Made by a program: the position numbers and the translations under genes. The notes under the pieces were generated by a model, which saw only the letters and a program-made list of their open reading frames with translations, had not been told where the DNA came from and did not search any database. A stretch of 64,000 nt of DNA from Vicugna vicugna. Lineage: Eukaryota. Location of the stretch: assembly GCA_013265495.1 (NCBI GenBank), contig MU058844.1, positions 3,017,520-3,081,519 of the forward strand. Direction: 5' to 3'. This document shows positions 63,180 through 64,000 of this stretch, piece by piece (position 1 is the stretch's first letter; each line of letters opens with the position of its first letter).

Positions 63180-64000
63180 ACATGATGTGAGAAAGAAAAG
63201 GGAATTTGCTATCTGACCACATCTCACTAGTGCTACCACTAAAGAGTTATCAGTACCAGAAACAATGGAGCAATGCCTGCAAAATACTCTACCAAAAAAG
63301 GGTGACTCACTAATTCTATATCCAGCCAAACTGACCCTCAAGAATAAAAATTACAGATGTTTTAAATGTACAAGAATTCATGGAATATTGTTCCCATGGG
63401 CACTTCTCAGGGAGACTACTAGAGGAAAACTTTAGTCAGTCAAGATGTAACTGGAGGAACTGTACCAAGAGGACTGGCAGTGATCATTGAATGTCTTTAA
63501 CTGTAAGATTAAGACTAACAGAAACTGCAGTTTATGGTGAAGGAACATAGTGTAAATTGTATATGCCTGACAATAAAATAAGAACTCAACTTGTTTAAAA
63601 AAAAAATGAGAGAGAAAAGGGAAAGCATATGAGTAGAATGGTGAACTCTTCCATCTTCAATGGCCAAGAGTCAAATGCTATAATTTAAAACTGACTTACA
63701 AGCATGTGTAACTCTACAAAAGAGAACGTTAAGAAAGATAATTGGCTAAAATTGGAGAAGGAAAGGTGAGGAAAGAACAGTAAACAAACTACCTTTATCA
63801 TTGTTCATAAAAGGAAAGTAATAGATTGTATTTGAAGATGATTAGGACCAATGACATTGTATAAAGATATAATTATGAAAATACTAAAATAAAACCATAA
63901 ACTTAAATCCTAGCAAAATTTCACAGTGAAGACAATTAGCAAAGAAAACAGATCCTATGATAATAAACTTTTTTTTAAGTTAAAAAAAAATCAAAAAAAG
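63180..64000 (+). mobile_element. HAL1 / old L1 ORF1 3' relic, running off the window end
   Basis: 'ccagaaacaatggagcaatgcct...aattctatatccagccaaactgaccctcaag' corresponds to the ORF1p C-terminal 'ILYPAKL' block. Confidence 0.7.

Noticed and set aside
1..64000. miRNA hairpins, tRNA/snRNA genes, CRISPR arrays, non-retroviral endogenous viral elements
   Set aside because: I recognised no mature miRNA, Pol III gene, repeat-spacer array or viral ORF by eye; an Rfam or profile search was not possible, so weak cases cannot be excluded.

Overview
AT-rich mammalian (eutherian) nuclear DNA, intergenic or deep-intronic. I found no recognisable protein-coding gene, RNA gene, CpG-island promoter or prokaryote-type system. 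Much of the window is transposon debris of many ages: L2 and MIR, L1ME/HAL1, MaLR and ERVL solo LTRs (MLT1, MLT2, LTR16-like), hAT and Tc-mariner MITEs (MER5, MER33, MER113, MER46C, MER104), a near full-length decayed Tigger1, and several 5'-truncated L1 3' ends. One L1 (44.8-45.7 kb) is very young, with a perfect 20-bp target-site duplication. Its 3' UTR type, and the lack of obvious Alu, Bov-tA/BovB, PRE-1, CanSINE or B1/B2 SINEs, point to a camelid genome (inference). The only ORFs I recognise are transposon-derived: Tigger1 transposase, L1 ORF1 and L1 ORF2. Family names come from my recall of consensus sequences, not from a search, and boundaries of old elements are approximate. The non-repetitive stretches hold a few splice-site-bounded exon candidates and CpG-retaining, motif-rich enhancer candidates, all unverified. 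I found no convincing evidence for a novel biological system.
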